64,000 bases of DNA from Phoronis australis. Its lineage: Eukaryota; Animalia; Phoronida. The stretch covers positions 285,461 to 349,460 of the forward strand of contig NMRA01000226.1 of the NCBI GenBank assembly GCA_002633005.1. The letters run 5' to 3'. Shown here one piece after another: positions 1-13,070 of this stretch (its first letter is position 1; every line of letters begins with the position of its first letter). Position numbers and translations under genes: made by a program. Under the pieces are notes generated by a model. It was not told the origin of the DNA and searched no databases. It worked only from the letters and a program-made list of their open reading frames with translations.

Positions 1-340
1 CAGTCCAAGTGAATAACTAGTGGCAAAATGTTGTAAATCACAACTTCTGGTACTGTAAAATAATTTTCCCGATGCTGCGGAGTCAACTGGCGCGGCAGTT
101 GCCTGGATGGGACTCTGACTGGCAGGAACAGAGTGGCCAACCAGATACTGTTTTGTGGTCGATAATTCATCAGTATTTTTTAGCCAGATCCTTTTAAAAT
201 GCAAGAACGGACTCATAAGACATTTGTTTTTTTCAAACCAAACAAAGTGAGGAGAACTGATGAAAAAAGAGAGAGGTTTTCTCTCGTCTTTTGTAGTTCA
301 GAACAGGTTGATATAAGGAAACCTTTCGCGCCATTTGTCT

Positions 341-387
341 CCACACCTGATGAAGAGCTGCACCTGTTAGGCTCGAAAGCTCGATAT
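341..387 (+). ncRNA. Minimal type I hammerhead ribozyme-like motif (Penelope-type), probably degenerate
   Basis: CTGATGA (347-353), A, stem II GAGC/GCTC (355-358/371-374), GAAA (375-378), palindromic AGCT then C. Stem I pairing is poor. Confidence 0.5.
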
Positions 388-464
388 ATTTTTAACGGAT
401 TTTAAATTGTTTTACCAGTTCCTGCATTGTCTAAGTTATTACTAGTTTATTTTGACATTTGCAG

Positions 465-3400
465 ACAAATCTGACTGTTGACTGGGATTACACGAAAGAT
501 GACGAGTACGTCTGTAAAGGAGATATCCTCAACCCAATACAGGTATAGACAAATTGATTGTCTTGGCGTTTGTGTACGTTGTTCAGGGAACTAAATAACG
601 GTATGTATTACACGGCCGGTAAACATTGGTTTCACAGCTATGCTTGCATTTCGTGACCTCATCACATGAGATAGGAAAAGGTTGTCCTTTCTATACCGAA
701 GTGGCGCATGCACCTAAGCTGCACATATCAATGCAGTTCCGCACAGACTCCCATGGGCCTATTGGCGCGGCAATACGTTAGTAATTTAAAGCGCTTACGT
801 AAAATCCGACCTGATTATTATTATTTTTAATTTTGGCATTTTAATTTTATCTGATCTGGTCCAAACTGTCAAAATGAAATCATACTAAGCAACCACATCA
901 TCGCAATATACATGTAGATTAGCCAGGGAGACTGAAAACGTTTTCACCTCGGTCTGAGGTTAAGGTAAATTTTCGATAGCAAGGATGGGGAAGAGGGATA
1001 TTGGGAAAATTTGATGGAAAATTTTCAACTCTCCAACCGCTGTTTGTTTCATTGTGAGGTAATAGTTAAGATGTCTGACAGGGACTACTGATGCAGTAAT
1101 GTTCATACCCATTGCAGGTTCGTAGCACGGTTCGATGTGGTCACATCCGTCTGGTAAGTGATATTCAAAAGTAAAGAATCCGATAAAGCGATTTTTGTCG
1201 ATCGTACACGTGCAAATTTATGACACTAGACAATTAAGTTAATTTGTAGTACACTTTTTGGTTAACTGAACCAAAGCGACCTGGGGAATTACATCGAGTG
1301 CGCGTTGTTCGTTCATATTATAAAAACGGGACTTTCGTAATGACCAAACAAAAAATACATTTCTAGTGTACCAGTCGGTGGGCCAGAATTTTGAAGGGCC
1401 TCTAGAAAATGGTTTTTGTGAGTACTTTAGGGGGGCAATTTTATTTTGATGTGTTTTAATTCATTTGTTAGAGTGTTTTCAAAATCTAAAAAGTTCCCAC
1501 ATATAAAAATGCACATTTTTGAGAAATTTGAGTTTGAAATTACCTAATAATCACCAAAGAGCTTAGTAAACTTATATTTGTAAAAACAACAGTTTTGGTG
1601 ACTTTTTTGTAAAAAAAGTAATATGGTCCCATCAGTGCCATTGTATTGAACAATATTACTCTCACATTACATGTTTTACTATTGTAGATTAATTGTAAAC
1701 AGTGAAATTTAAAAAATGTAAAGAGACACCTAGTGGCAAAAATGCAAACTAAGTCTGGATGTTACTAGGAAGTTATTCTGGCATTGTCTGGCAAAAAAAA
1801 TAACACAAAACATTTGAGACTGGACAAAATGTGTGCCTCAATGACTAAAACATTGACTATTGGTGTAAAATACAGCTTGTTTGCATAATACACCAGAAAT
1901 ACGTTATAGTACAAAAACAATATAGTGGAATGATCTCTGTGAATGTGCACACAGACTGTAAGAAAATAATAGATTATTCTGACAGCGTTTATCAAGCAGT
2001 GTGAGACAAATACATGACAATAATCAAAGTATGTACTTTCTATGACTTAATCAACAAATAAAATTAACTTTTTAATACAAAAAACGAAATAACGAGGTTG
2101 GAGGTCTATTTAGGGTTGACTTGTCAAAGAACTATCCAATGTTATGCAGTCAGTGTAGCTGATGTTACTACAGTTGTCACAGCTGCACATTTCTGTACAG
2201 TTTGACCCAACATTGCAGCACAAACTCAGTTTCCCAGCACACATGTTCTTTTTGCACTTGCAGCGTTCGTCGTTTAGCACTGTCAATGGAGATGCAGGCA
2301 TTGTCTTACATTTTAACTGCAAAGCTCCACCGCCAATGACCCAACTATGGTCAATTAGAGATGGTACAGCACTGCACACTGGTGATTGGCCCGCAGGCAA
2401 TGAAGGGTCAAACACTAAGTCCTTGTTTGGAGGCGGGCAGGATTTGNNNNNNNTTTTTATAGCATGATGATCTGTGGTACTTGGCTTCTAAGACACAAGG
2501 TCTTTATCTTTGAATTTCATTTGCATATTCAGGGCTCTGGACTGAGCTGTTGCTTGCGATACAAGTCCAACTGAAAAAAACCCGAACTGTTAACACTAAT
2601 TTAACATTCAACTATGAGTGAGTTGGCATGCAACTTTTTCAGGCGGACTTATCAGGAACTGATCCACCACCAGCCTAACAAATTTACATGTCGTCTGGTC
2701 TGTCGCGTAAAAATGTTGATCATCTAATAATTAGATTAGTTGATGCAACTGAAAATAAATCAGCTGATATACCAGTGCAGTGATTGAAATTTAATTTTTT
2801 AAATCAGATGCTCAAACCGTAGTCAATCAATTTACACTTAAAGTAATCGACGTTTGACAAAATGGACAGTGGCTTCCATCGTCCTCAAATTACGACGGCG
2901 ACGATGGCCACTTTAGCACTTTAATTTAGTTATCATTACAGCTACCTAAGTAATTAATGTTTACAAAAAATTGAGAAGAGGTTCCCCCTATCCCAGGACT
3001 ACGGCAGGGGATGACGGCCACTTGGGCATGTTGTTTGCAACCATCTACTCCATTTAACCTTCTCAAAAATTTTTGACTTAAAGTGCTTTAAAATCACACC
3101 CACAGTATAACGCCATATGATTATCCCTTAGCGCAAGCAGTGTCGATGTGGCAACTGAACATTGGAGTGTTCGAAAAATAAGATTGCAGGAGTATTTGTT
3201 TAAATTGGGAACAAATGAAAACATTAACGACATCCTCACTGGCATCTCTCTACGCGTAACTTCTAAACTTATAGGAACATAATTTGCCGAAAAGCATCCG
3301 GCATATGGAGTACCTATGGTATAATCACCGTCTCTACTGGGTCAGCGGTATTGTCTAAGGCCTAGGCAGCCAAGGGGCTGAACAAGTTAAAAAAACAACT

Positions 3401-6400
3401 GATGATAATACTGAAACACACCTGGAAAACACCAAGATGTACCTTTCAAAAACACGTACCTGTATTTGAAAGCTATACTTCTTGCTCTTTCTTGAAATAT
3501 GGTCCATAATATACTTTTCCTGCTAACAAATAATGCACTCATGTTTCAGAATGTTCCTATCTTGTTCAGGTTAATTGGGTGTTTCAGATATTGGAAGTAT
3601 AATTGATTTTGTTGGGAAATCTTGGATAACATCTGTATCACTTTCACCAACTTCAGCTTTAGTACTACTGCTGGTGCCTTGAATCGTTGCTATGTCGTTC
3701 TATGTCCTTTCAATTCTTTGGTCTGACACTTGGTCTTCTAGTCTACAGCACTCAGCAGTGTACTGTGTAGGCTATGGCTATACCAGGACATGCAGCTGTT
3801 TTCTTCACAAACGTTTGTGACACCTCTTCTTCTTTTTTATCTACTGATCTACAGAGTTCCGCAGTCCATCAGCTTTCATCAGGAATCAGGAAGCTTTCCT
3901 AAGCTTCTTTATGCTCTAGCATCACAATTTTGTGTTGTTTGATAAACCTTGAATTATTCACGGCATCACACTCCATGGGAGCAGCCATATTGAAGTAACT
4001 AAGCACAACAATACAATCTGTCTCTCTGATTGGTCAATTCAATAGAAAAGCGCTACCAAGTGGCAGGAATGTGCATCATATTTTGTGCAACAAAAACACC
4101 TTTTTTTAAAAAATGTGCAAGTGTAGACGTGGGAACTTTTTGGAATTTGATTTATAGTTATGTTATCTAGCCACATAGAGAAAACTAGGTTGCCCCCCAA
4201 AGTACTCACAAGGATGAACGCTATGAGATCTGGCCCACCGACTATACTGGATTGCCCATGTAAACGTAGTGCACTCTTTCACGACAATATACGTTGTTTG
4301 AATAGTGGTCTTCAGATTTACATTTACATTCATTACACCGTAGCCACTATATACCCCCATCTTTTATTTTTCAGCCACTGCACAAGTGCATGAACACTGC
4401 CATCACGTATTCCGACCGGATACCTATGAGGTGGGTTTTCAGACTGCGCTCTTTCAATGCCATATTCGCCGGCTTCCTTGTATGTACGGACATGTACATA
4501 TTAGAATAGGCGAGGGTCGCATTTGACAGTAAATGCGTTGCACAAGCGTCATATATTTTAATGCTCCCATAACGTCACTTGGAACAGTGAGGATGGGCGT
4601 ATATTCTGGGGGAGGGGGGGTGTCGGTGGGTTGAAACCACCAAAAATAATTATCGCTTTAGTTGGCAAAGAAAGAAAAAAATTAGAACGAAGTTCCATTC
4701 AAATTAATATTCCAAATTTCGAGAGTTCTGAAAAAAGTGCTTGTATATGGACTCATTTTTATGTCACGCCTCCTTTTAATGTTAATTACTCACTTGCATT
4801 CGATACATGAATAAGTGTACATGTATGTGTGGGCCGGAGTCCTAAAACTTAACTTATCCGCATTAGAGATCGATTTTCGCTGCCTTTTAACTTCAGGTTC
4901 TCTTAGAAATATTTATTTAGTTGTCATTTTTCCTCACAACGAAAACTTACCCACGCAGCGCTAATTAGGTCAATAAGCTGAAATCATGAATTTCAAACCA
5001 GAATAAGTCGCTAAGTTAGCGGAGGCAAATCTTGCCATTAGTTCCATTTAGACATTAACTCTTGACACGGCGTAACTGACACGGCGCAAGATGATCTGTT
5101 ACAATCGGCCGCTCATACTCACACACAACGTCGAAACGGTGGCAAGGCGGAAGTTGTAGGCAGGAATGTGAATTGCTCATGCGCAAAGTTTCAAATAGTG
5201 AGAGTCACAAGTTCATTAGTATTGTTGTTGTTGTTATGGTGCTTTTAATTCACCCCAGTGTACGTAATTCGTGACATTGAGTTTTGCTTCAATGAATTTT
5301 TTTATCAACAGATTAACACTTTCATCGGTAGGCCGACTGTACATAACCAAGCATTTATAAGTGCTTGGTTATGTACCCGCAAACACTGGGTTCCGTTTAA
5401 AAACTGAACCCAGTGTGTCTGTGTAATATTCTGATAACTTCCCGAAAAAATATAGATGATGGTCAGTCAAAAGTTAAAAGACGAAGCACTTAACAGCTGA
5501 CTGGCAAACCGTACTAAATGCATGACAAAGCAAGATCGCGCGAAATCGCGTGAGTGAAGTATTTCACGAGTATACTGGGGAGCGTACTAGCGAACCTAAG
5601 CAAACTGGCGGACAGTGAAGAGATTGGACGGTGAGTGTGCAATTTCGATCATGGAATATAATTCACTGTTTCCTGTCCATAAGAGAAGTCCTCTTGCTTA
5701 AAGGGATTCGCGAGTGTGTTGAGTCTACAGAACGCCGACCCGCAGTTCTCCCAAACCAGAGGTGTTACGCTGTGTCGCACAATGCAACCACCAAATCTAA
5801 CCAATCAAAGTGGCTGTTCATTTTGTTTTGATTTTATTTCCTGTTTCTAACATCATTGCTGAAGTTAAAGGCAAATTGTTGTGCAACGAAGCTGTGACTG
5901 AAAATCTACTGATGTATCGGTCATTATCAACTTAAAAGCTGAAAAGGGGAGTGAAAAGTGAGGTGCACGATTTGATGAGACTGGTTGATGTCTTCGAAAC
6001 TCGCTCAGTGCGTCATGACAGCTTCCGATTTAAGAAACTGCTACTTTTATCAATTTCACTTTCATGAAAGTCTATTGAAAATTTTTAAGATAAGTGATTA
6101 AAATATGCCAAATTGACCGATAGGCCTCATAAGGCAACATCACTAAATTTCAACCGGAGGTAGGCCTGCTTGCAGAACGGTTTAGTTTTCTTCCTCAGAA
6201 GGCATATGTGAGAAATTACTTTTGTCACTCTCCCAAACTCCAACTCCTAGTTTCACCAATGATTGTCAGTCAAGTGACAATCTGGCGAAATATGTAGAAG
6301 CATCAGTTTATAGTGACGTTTTTTACTCCCGCCGAGAACACCACATTACCATATAGGCACACAACTTCGTAGGTACTTAGTGGAAGTTTTGGATGAATGA

Positions 6401-9400
6401 ACTATTGGCGTGCGAACGAGCCACGCCCTATTTGGCGAAAAGGTCCGCCTCAGAGAAACAAAAACTTTGAAAAAAGTAAAAACGAGACAAAAGTCACCAA
6501 AAAGACAGGGACTACCAAAATTCGGCGAATGCACAACGCGTAGCTCTGAACGCACCCCCTGAATCTTAGTAAAAGGTCCACATTCTAAAAAATTCGAGCC
6601 CCCATTTTTAGGCTGGATGCGCGCATGGATTGACAAAGGCGTTTTTATGTTTGTCATTATAGTTATGTCCAAGCCCCAGGTCTCTAATAGACATCAATTT
6701 CCAATAGAGAATAGAGGACTCCTGTCTGGAGCTCGTCTGAAATCAGTAAAATCCCAGGTTTCTATAAAAAGATTTACGATTCTTGGCTTTCATTTCGCTT
6801 CAGTGCGTCACTGTTTACGTGTACGGTGGCCCGAAGATGACATGGCGCGTTTTTTTATTGTTTTTTAATTACTTCAGGATGTCGAGATCCCGATTGAATT
6901 ATATTAGGATCTCAAGATTTCGACTTAATTATCTCGACTTTTAAAGTTATCTCGAGATCCTGAGGTAATTAAAAAAGAAACGCGCGATGTCATCTTTGGG
7001 CCATGGTTCACGTGGCCTATATTTTTCAGATTAGAGGTATGAAATTTGAGAACTACACGATAAAGTTACCGGAACATGTGCATGTCAATTACAAGCGCCA
7101 CCAGGAAGGCATTAGCAGGGAGGGTTAAGTGGCTAAATAACGATTTTAATTTTTGTGTTTTTCCAAAAGTAAACAGTGCTTCTGCACTGAGAAAAATAAA
7201 CATGCCATTGATTCAGAAAAGAAGAGCACTATTCACTGAATGTGGCCAATTTCTTTGGCTTACATCGAAGACTTAATTTTCATTTGAAAATCATGACTGC
7301 AAAGTTCACTCCAGGAAATTTCAACAAGCATATCCGAAATTTGACATTTCAATTTAGACGCTCTTACCGTCAGGCACAGCGCCACCTATACTGAAAAGTG
7401 GCCCTGCGGAAACATGATGAATGTCGTGTGTGGGCATCAATGCGCATGCCTTTTCTGGAAGTACATGTATACCGATCACATCGCCACCACTTGCACACGT
7501 CGTTATGCACTGTATTACTTGGGCTTTAGCCCTTGGATCGGGGTTTTCTTGACTTTGTTTACTTCGATCACTGGCCTTTTTAATAAATTGCAATTATTCA
7601 AGTCATAGATGGTCACCATAATAAGTAACAGTAAACTGAAAGGGATTTCCCAGATTTCAATCAATGTGAATGACTGAATGTCATACTTTAACCAATGAGA
7701 AGCCATGTTAAAAAACATTTCACAGTGCTACCTTTTGTAGCGCTGTGAAAGACAGTATTGACGCTCTCATCTAGTTAACGAAGGTTTATTTCTAGTGGGC
7801 CACATCGCCCCCTGTGGCCTGTATACGGAGAATATCGCTATTTACCGCCTCAGAGATGGCTGCACTCCCTAGAGGTAAGTTCATTCAGAAAAGGAAATTT
7901 GGAAGAGAGGTGAAGTGTGCTGATTTGTGGGGATTATTCATTTTTTCTGCACGGGTTTATAGGGTATATTAATTTAGGTGATTTGTCGGGCAAAATGTGA
8001 TAGTATGACGAAAAACAGACAACTGGGAAGACGAAAGAGACCAAAGTTTGTGACCACTGAGGGACAGCAATGTGGAGCTCGAGAAGTTTTCTTGTGTTGC
8101 GAATTTGCTTGTCGGCCTATTGTCAAGCATCCATTTCTATCCCTAGTCTGCCCGTAAATGTCTCGATGGCGTTGATTTCAAAAGTCTTGCGGACGCAAAG
8201 CGTTTCCTTGTCGTTTTGCACTGTGGGTTCCTTTATGACCCCGGGGCTTGACTCGATCCGTAACGCGCCCTACATGAGTTTAATATTACCACTGAACGAT
8301 TTTAATCTAACTGTTTCAGCATGGTGCAATAGTGATGCTCTATCATCCATGTGCTGATGAGAATGAAGTCCAACATCTGCGACACCTGGTGACCAGCTGC
8401 TTGTGGCGACACGTGATCACACCATCAAGAAGATTGTCGCTAGATAAGGTACAAGTGGCAAGGGACAACTTCTTACACTCTGTTAAAGATAAAGGATTTT
8501 CAATGTTTTTGTTTGTGTAATTGGATTTTCCGCGTCATTAAGATGGTGATTTTCCGAACTAACGGTTTTGAAAACAACACAGCCACCTCAGTTCATGTCA
8601 TGGCAGGTAATCTCCCAGGTCGGAGTGACCCAACTGCCGACAAAAAATTCCGGCAAAAATGAGACTGGCTAAGCCAGTGGGTATCTGGAAGGGTGAACCA
8701 AATACGACTTTTGGCGATCATAGCTCGGCAATATACACATTGTAGGTTAACACTGACTGTACAGGTATTGAATGAGGGTAGGCTGGAGTAAAATTCTTTC
8801 AATTGACTGACTTCGGTTAAGTCACAAAATGACGTACATGTATGACAGGCGTATCCACATTTGCAAAAATTATACTACTCAAAAATTCTTTAGGCCAAAT
8901 AGCCTTACCCTATACTGCCGCCTGCGTAATGGGCCTCATGTGCAAAAGTGGTGGGCCACTGGAAACTAGGCTTTCATGCATAGGACTACTCACTTCACAG
9001 CTCCGTTTTGTAGGAAGTGTACGTAGGTTTAGGAATCTGAACACCATGATGAAAAATTTTCTGGCTTGTAAGACCTTCGACGTAGGCATACTGGTTTTGC
9101 AAAGCTGTAGACTCAAGACAAGGTTGGTGACAAAATGGCGATTTTGGTCTCAGTCTTTCTGCAACATTAATCCCACACATGGTCGATTCAAATACACGTG
9201 TGTGTGTATGTTACGTGTGAACGAGGGTACTTCGGCTCAATGACTTCTGGCAGACTAAGGCAAAACGAGACTGAATGAGATCCGATACCGTGAAGGCACC
9301 ACGTGAAGCCCTTTGGTTCTAGATTCTGGCTTACCTTCTTGACAGCGTGACACATGCGCAAATGAGTTCATTTTATTTCATTGCAGCCCCTTGCACTGGT

Positions 9401-10003
9401 CTCCTACGGTTGCAGACTGGAACTAAGCCATTACGACCATAGAGAGGCGCAGAGATTCATCGTGGTAAGTGGTTTTACAAATATGTGAGCGGTTGTGGAA
9501 AAAAACCCACAAACTTGATGTGACGAGTAAATAAACCACTGGCACTTCCTGTTTCGACTCTCATACTGGATATCATGGGCACACCTCATGTAGAGGCTCA
9601 GATATTAGTTTTCCGCCTCAGTACGAGACACGAGTAAAAAATAAAACACCTTCTCTCTTAATTTGAAACAGACTCAGATAAGAAAGTCCCGGAAGATAAG
9701 ATGTCGTTGGAGATTGCCGTCTTGTGTTTTGCGAATGAATAGAAGCCACGTTCTATAAACTGATAATTTAATCCCAACATTAGGACTGCCTGCTTACAAC
9801 GTCATATAATGAATAAATTAGGAGCCTATGGTTGTACATGTATTCTGTTCGTTTGGTTTTAGAATCACGCTAAGAAGGGTGGAGAGCAGGTGTCACAGGA
9901 TGGTCAATATAAATTCGGATTGCTACACCATGCTGCCATAGTGTGTGGACAAGACGACAGAAATCTTTGTCTCTTAAGCCGTAATGTCGAGTGTTATACT
10001 TAA
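465..10003 (+). CDS. TP53I13-like: DUF3105-domain / TP53I13-like protein, copy A (5'-partial; exons 465-542, 1118-1153, 4375-4430, 7796-7874, 8320-8448, 9387-9464, 9863-10003)
   Basis: Seven AG..GT-bounded exons splice in frame to [26 protein letters not shown]|[12 protein letters not shown]|[19 protein letters not shown]|[26 protein letters not shown]|[43 protein letters not shown]|[26 protein letters not shown]|[46 protein letters not shown]. Exon sizes and phases match copy B. SGPH..W..YG.Y....HxLEHG is the DUF3105 signature. The signal-peptide exon is not in the window. Confidence 0.9.
1372..4244 (-). mobile_element. Academ-like (AcademX) DNA transposon, internally deleted, in the exon 3-4 intron of copy A
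   Basis: TIRs CAGTCGGTGGGCCAGA / TCTGGCCCACCGACTA with subterminal inverted blocks; 3-bp TSD TAC (1369-1371, 4245-4247). Minus-strand relic 2110-2415 ends in a Cys8/CXC-like finger (CKC..MC....CC.....CT..CSC..C.N). The equivalent intron in copy B is only 315 bp. Confidence 0.75.
6826..7007. mobile_element. ~180-bp palindromic MITE
   Basis: Long inverted arms ggtggcccgaagatgacatggcgcgttt..taattacttcaggat / atcctgaggtaattaaaa..aaacgcgcgatgtcatctttgggcc, with internal ctcgagat repeats. Confidence 0.6.
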
Positions 10004-12342
10004 ATAAATCTAACGCTTTCGAGCGTGTTCACTTGTTTTGTACTTCTCAAACACATTCAAATATTACGGAGCAATGCACACTCGTTTCCTGTAACACGAA
10101 ATGCAAGGACAACGATAGGTTGCATGTACAAAGCAGTCACGTGGTATGAAATCCCCGATTTGTCATTATCCTGTCAACCTCGCTTCCAAGGATATTCAAG
10201 TCGGCCGACCCCTTTGTCGACTCTAAACCCAATCTGGCGGGGATTAAACTTTATTTTTAAGTCACAATTAGCACGAGTTTATTATCATGCTTTATAACTG
10301 TATTTTTCATGGGGATCGCTTTTCCAGTGGTACACCTACTTCTTAGTAGATAGTATATACGGTAACGTCATACGAGAACTGAAGAAACTTGGACTGAATG
10401 AGCGTCATCACACAACCAGATTTAAAGATAACGCTTTTGATATGCAACATTTAGAGTAAAGGTACTCGCTTACTTTTGTTTCGGTTAAGTTCACACGGTG
10501 AACATATCAATGGTAGAATGTTAATGAACAAAGAACGTGAGAGCGAAAAAGGCAGACCCAGGCTGATACATGTACGATAAATTGCTATATAATAAACGGG
10601 CCACAGATTTGTTGGAAGTCATTTTAGAAGAATACAGTCATTCTCAAACTGCATCAAAGTACTTATAATGAGCCGCCTTTGAAATTTGGGGGTATAAAGC
10701 AAAAATATGCACCATTACCATAGTAATCCGGTATTTTACTAGCAAAAATCACCAATTCCAGGCCATGTTAGACGCAGGTGCTTGGCTGACAGTGGTTTTT
10801 GCCAAGTTGATTTGGGTATCGTTACCGTGGTAACCGATTTTAGGCTTGATGGCAGTCGTGTTAGAAGCTAACCAGGCCCCCCTTTTGTGCTGCCTCCTCT
10901 CGGCGTAGCTGGCAGTTACAAACAAGCAACCACGATCAAAACATTCTTAGTGGCGGTCTATAGAAACTAGGTGAGTTGCCAAGTTTGAATTTGTACTGCC
11001 AGATATTTTAGAATTGCAACATCCGCACGTTACATGCCAACTAAGATGTTTTATCTTAACCCGTAGATGAATGTTGACAATCCAAAATGGTCGCCAGGGC
11101 ACACCATGTTCTCAAACGCGGAAAAAACCCATTTAATAACAGAAAGATTTACACAAATTAGTTTCTGTAAATATTCCTGGTATGTCAAGACTGTAAAACA
11201 CTTTTGAAATTCCAAAAATGGTAGCCATAGCAACTACCTTATAACCCGCGATTGAGCGCAAGTGCACATGTAATTGTGGAGCCGCGTCAAATTGCAGAAC
11301 TTAGGCGCATGTGCCTATATGCGAAGAATTTGAGCAGAACAAAGAAAATCACTGACACCAATACGGTGTTTGAAATGAAATGGTTCAGTCGTGTATTTTT
11401 CTTAAAATCAAGATGCGCCTATAAACGGACGGAGACCAGTGTTCGCCTGACTGCCACGCGTAGGCGCATTCCCCTATGCTGCACATTTCAATGTGCATAT
11501 CTTGCGGAAATCTGCTCTCTTCCGCATATAGGCACTTGCGCTTATTTGCGAGATTATACAAACAAACCTGCCAGCTGCATAAAATTCTTGCAACAGAATT
11601 AAATAAAGCAAACGCAAAATTAGATAAAGCAAATTAAGGGTTTGCCGTAATTACTAGTAGCTTAATTTTGACAACCCAATACATTTGTCTTGTCATGACT
11701 AGGTACATGTATATTGCGGATTCACAACACGCGTTCACGGCAAGACCGGTGGCATTGCCATAGCGTGAGTAAAGTTTTAGTATGCCGAATACTTGGTTTG
11801 TACCGTAAGGGTGTCACAAAATAAATTTAGTTAATTTCAAGTTATTTGCTACAAAGCTGCCAGCCTGAATGAAAGATAGAAAAATGACAAACATAGCGAT
11901 ATAAGTGAAGAGTTACTCTTCTAATACTTTTGGCGGGTATATAAGACGCACCAAGTCAATGTCAAAGGGTTGGACATGTTGGGTTTTCCCAACTGAGATA
12001 GGCTTTCCTGCACGACCAATTATTCATTTGGCACAGAAGTTGCGTGTGAAAACAAAGATAAATATGGCAGTATCCGAAGCAGCAGACAACGCACAGAAGG
12101 TGGCACGTGCTTGCGCACTTGTTTACATCAAAATGGGTCACCTACGTTTACTTTTCAGTTAGAAATCGTAAGCATATATAATATTTTTTGATAAAGTTAC
12201 GTAATACGACTGTAAGTGCAACCTATTTTATCTTTATTGGTATGTCAAGTTTTAGTTTTGATACATACCAAGAGTAAGTTTGCATTGAATTCTTAAAGTT
12301 ATTAAAAATAAACAGGTACCTTTTTATTTATTGTTCCTGATT

Positions 12343-12598
12343 CACCCAGCCTAAAATATAGGGGGGCTCGAATTTTTCGGTATACGGACCTTTACTGACA
12401 AAAGTCAACGAGGACTAAAAAAGGGCCACTAGGTTCAGGCCAACGAATTGTGCATACGCCCAGAATTCCTGTGGACTTTGTGGACATTGTCTCGTGTACT
12501 CAGACTTTTTGTTTCGCTGAGGCGGACCTTTTTGGCCAATTCGCCAAATTGGGAGGCTCGAACCCCCCCCGAGCCCCCCACCCCTGGGTGCGCCCATG
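12343..12598 (+). mobile_element. MITE, CATG-terminated family (related copies at ~6410-6627 on the minus strand and ~41572-41717)
   Basis: Shared ccagcctaaaa..gggggctcgaatttt..ggacctttt core and ..cctggkTgcgcscatg end in three places. Confidence 0.6.
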
Positions 12599-12989
12599 TA
12601 ATTGTAAGACTTAGTCCCGATTTATCCTCATTGAATTTAGGGCTCAATTTTCACTTACTCTGTACTATTAAAAAACGTCATAAGTAAAAGAGGAGCTCAC
12701 ATAGAAATGGTGTGATAAACATATCAAATCAGTAGGTAAACAAAGGTAAGAACAATCCCTGCTGAGACTGTTTCATACAACCGGTCATTGGTACATTCAT
12801 TGAACCAGACACAAAGGGTATATCGCGTGTATACAGTATGTTGTGTCGGGAAGACAATTATCATGACTTGAACCATTTATGTAACCTCTACAAAAATAGT
12901 GGAAATGCCTACAAATTACAACTGAAAAAACAAACGTAAATGCTTAGTCTGGATGTAAATAAGTGTGCAAGCACTTAATACGTGTACTT

Positions 12990-13070
12990 ACTCGAGGTCG
13001 TGGGTTCGAATCCCACCAGGTCACACTGCTAAACCCTTGAGCCATGTTTCTAGCTCCTCAGCTCGGTTTT
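12990..13070 (+). mobile_element. tRNA-derived SINE head fragment
   Basis: gaggtcgtgGGTTCGAATCCcacc (T-arm/B box) followed by cccttgagc; no complete cloverleaf. Confidence 0.45.

Noticed and set aside
2110-2415. Host tesmin/CXC or metallothionein gene
   Set aside because: Lies between TIRs with a TSD and the upstream frame is broken; it is a transposon relic.
8842-9243. 133-aa plus-strand ORF
   Set aside because: Intronic in copy A, absent from B and C, and repeat-like.
12990-13030. tRNA gene
   Set aside because: Only a T-arm/B box is present, with no acceptor or D stem; better read as a SINE relic. The same applies to ~33385-33445.
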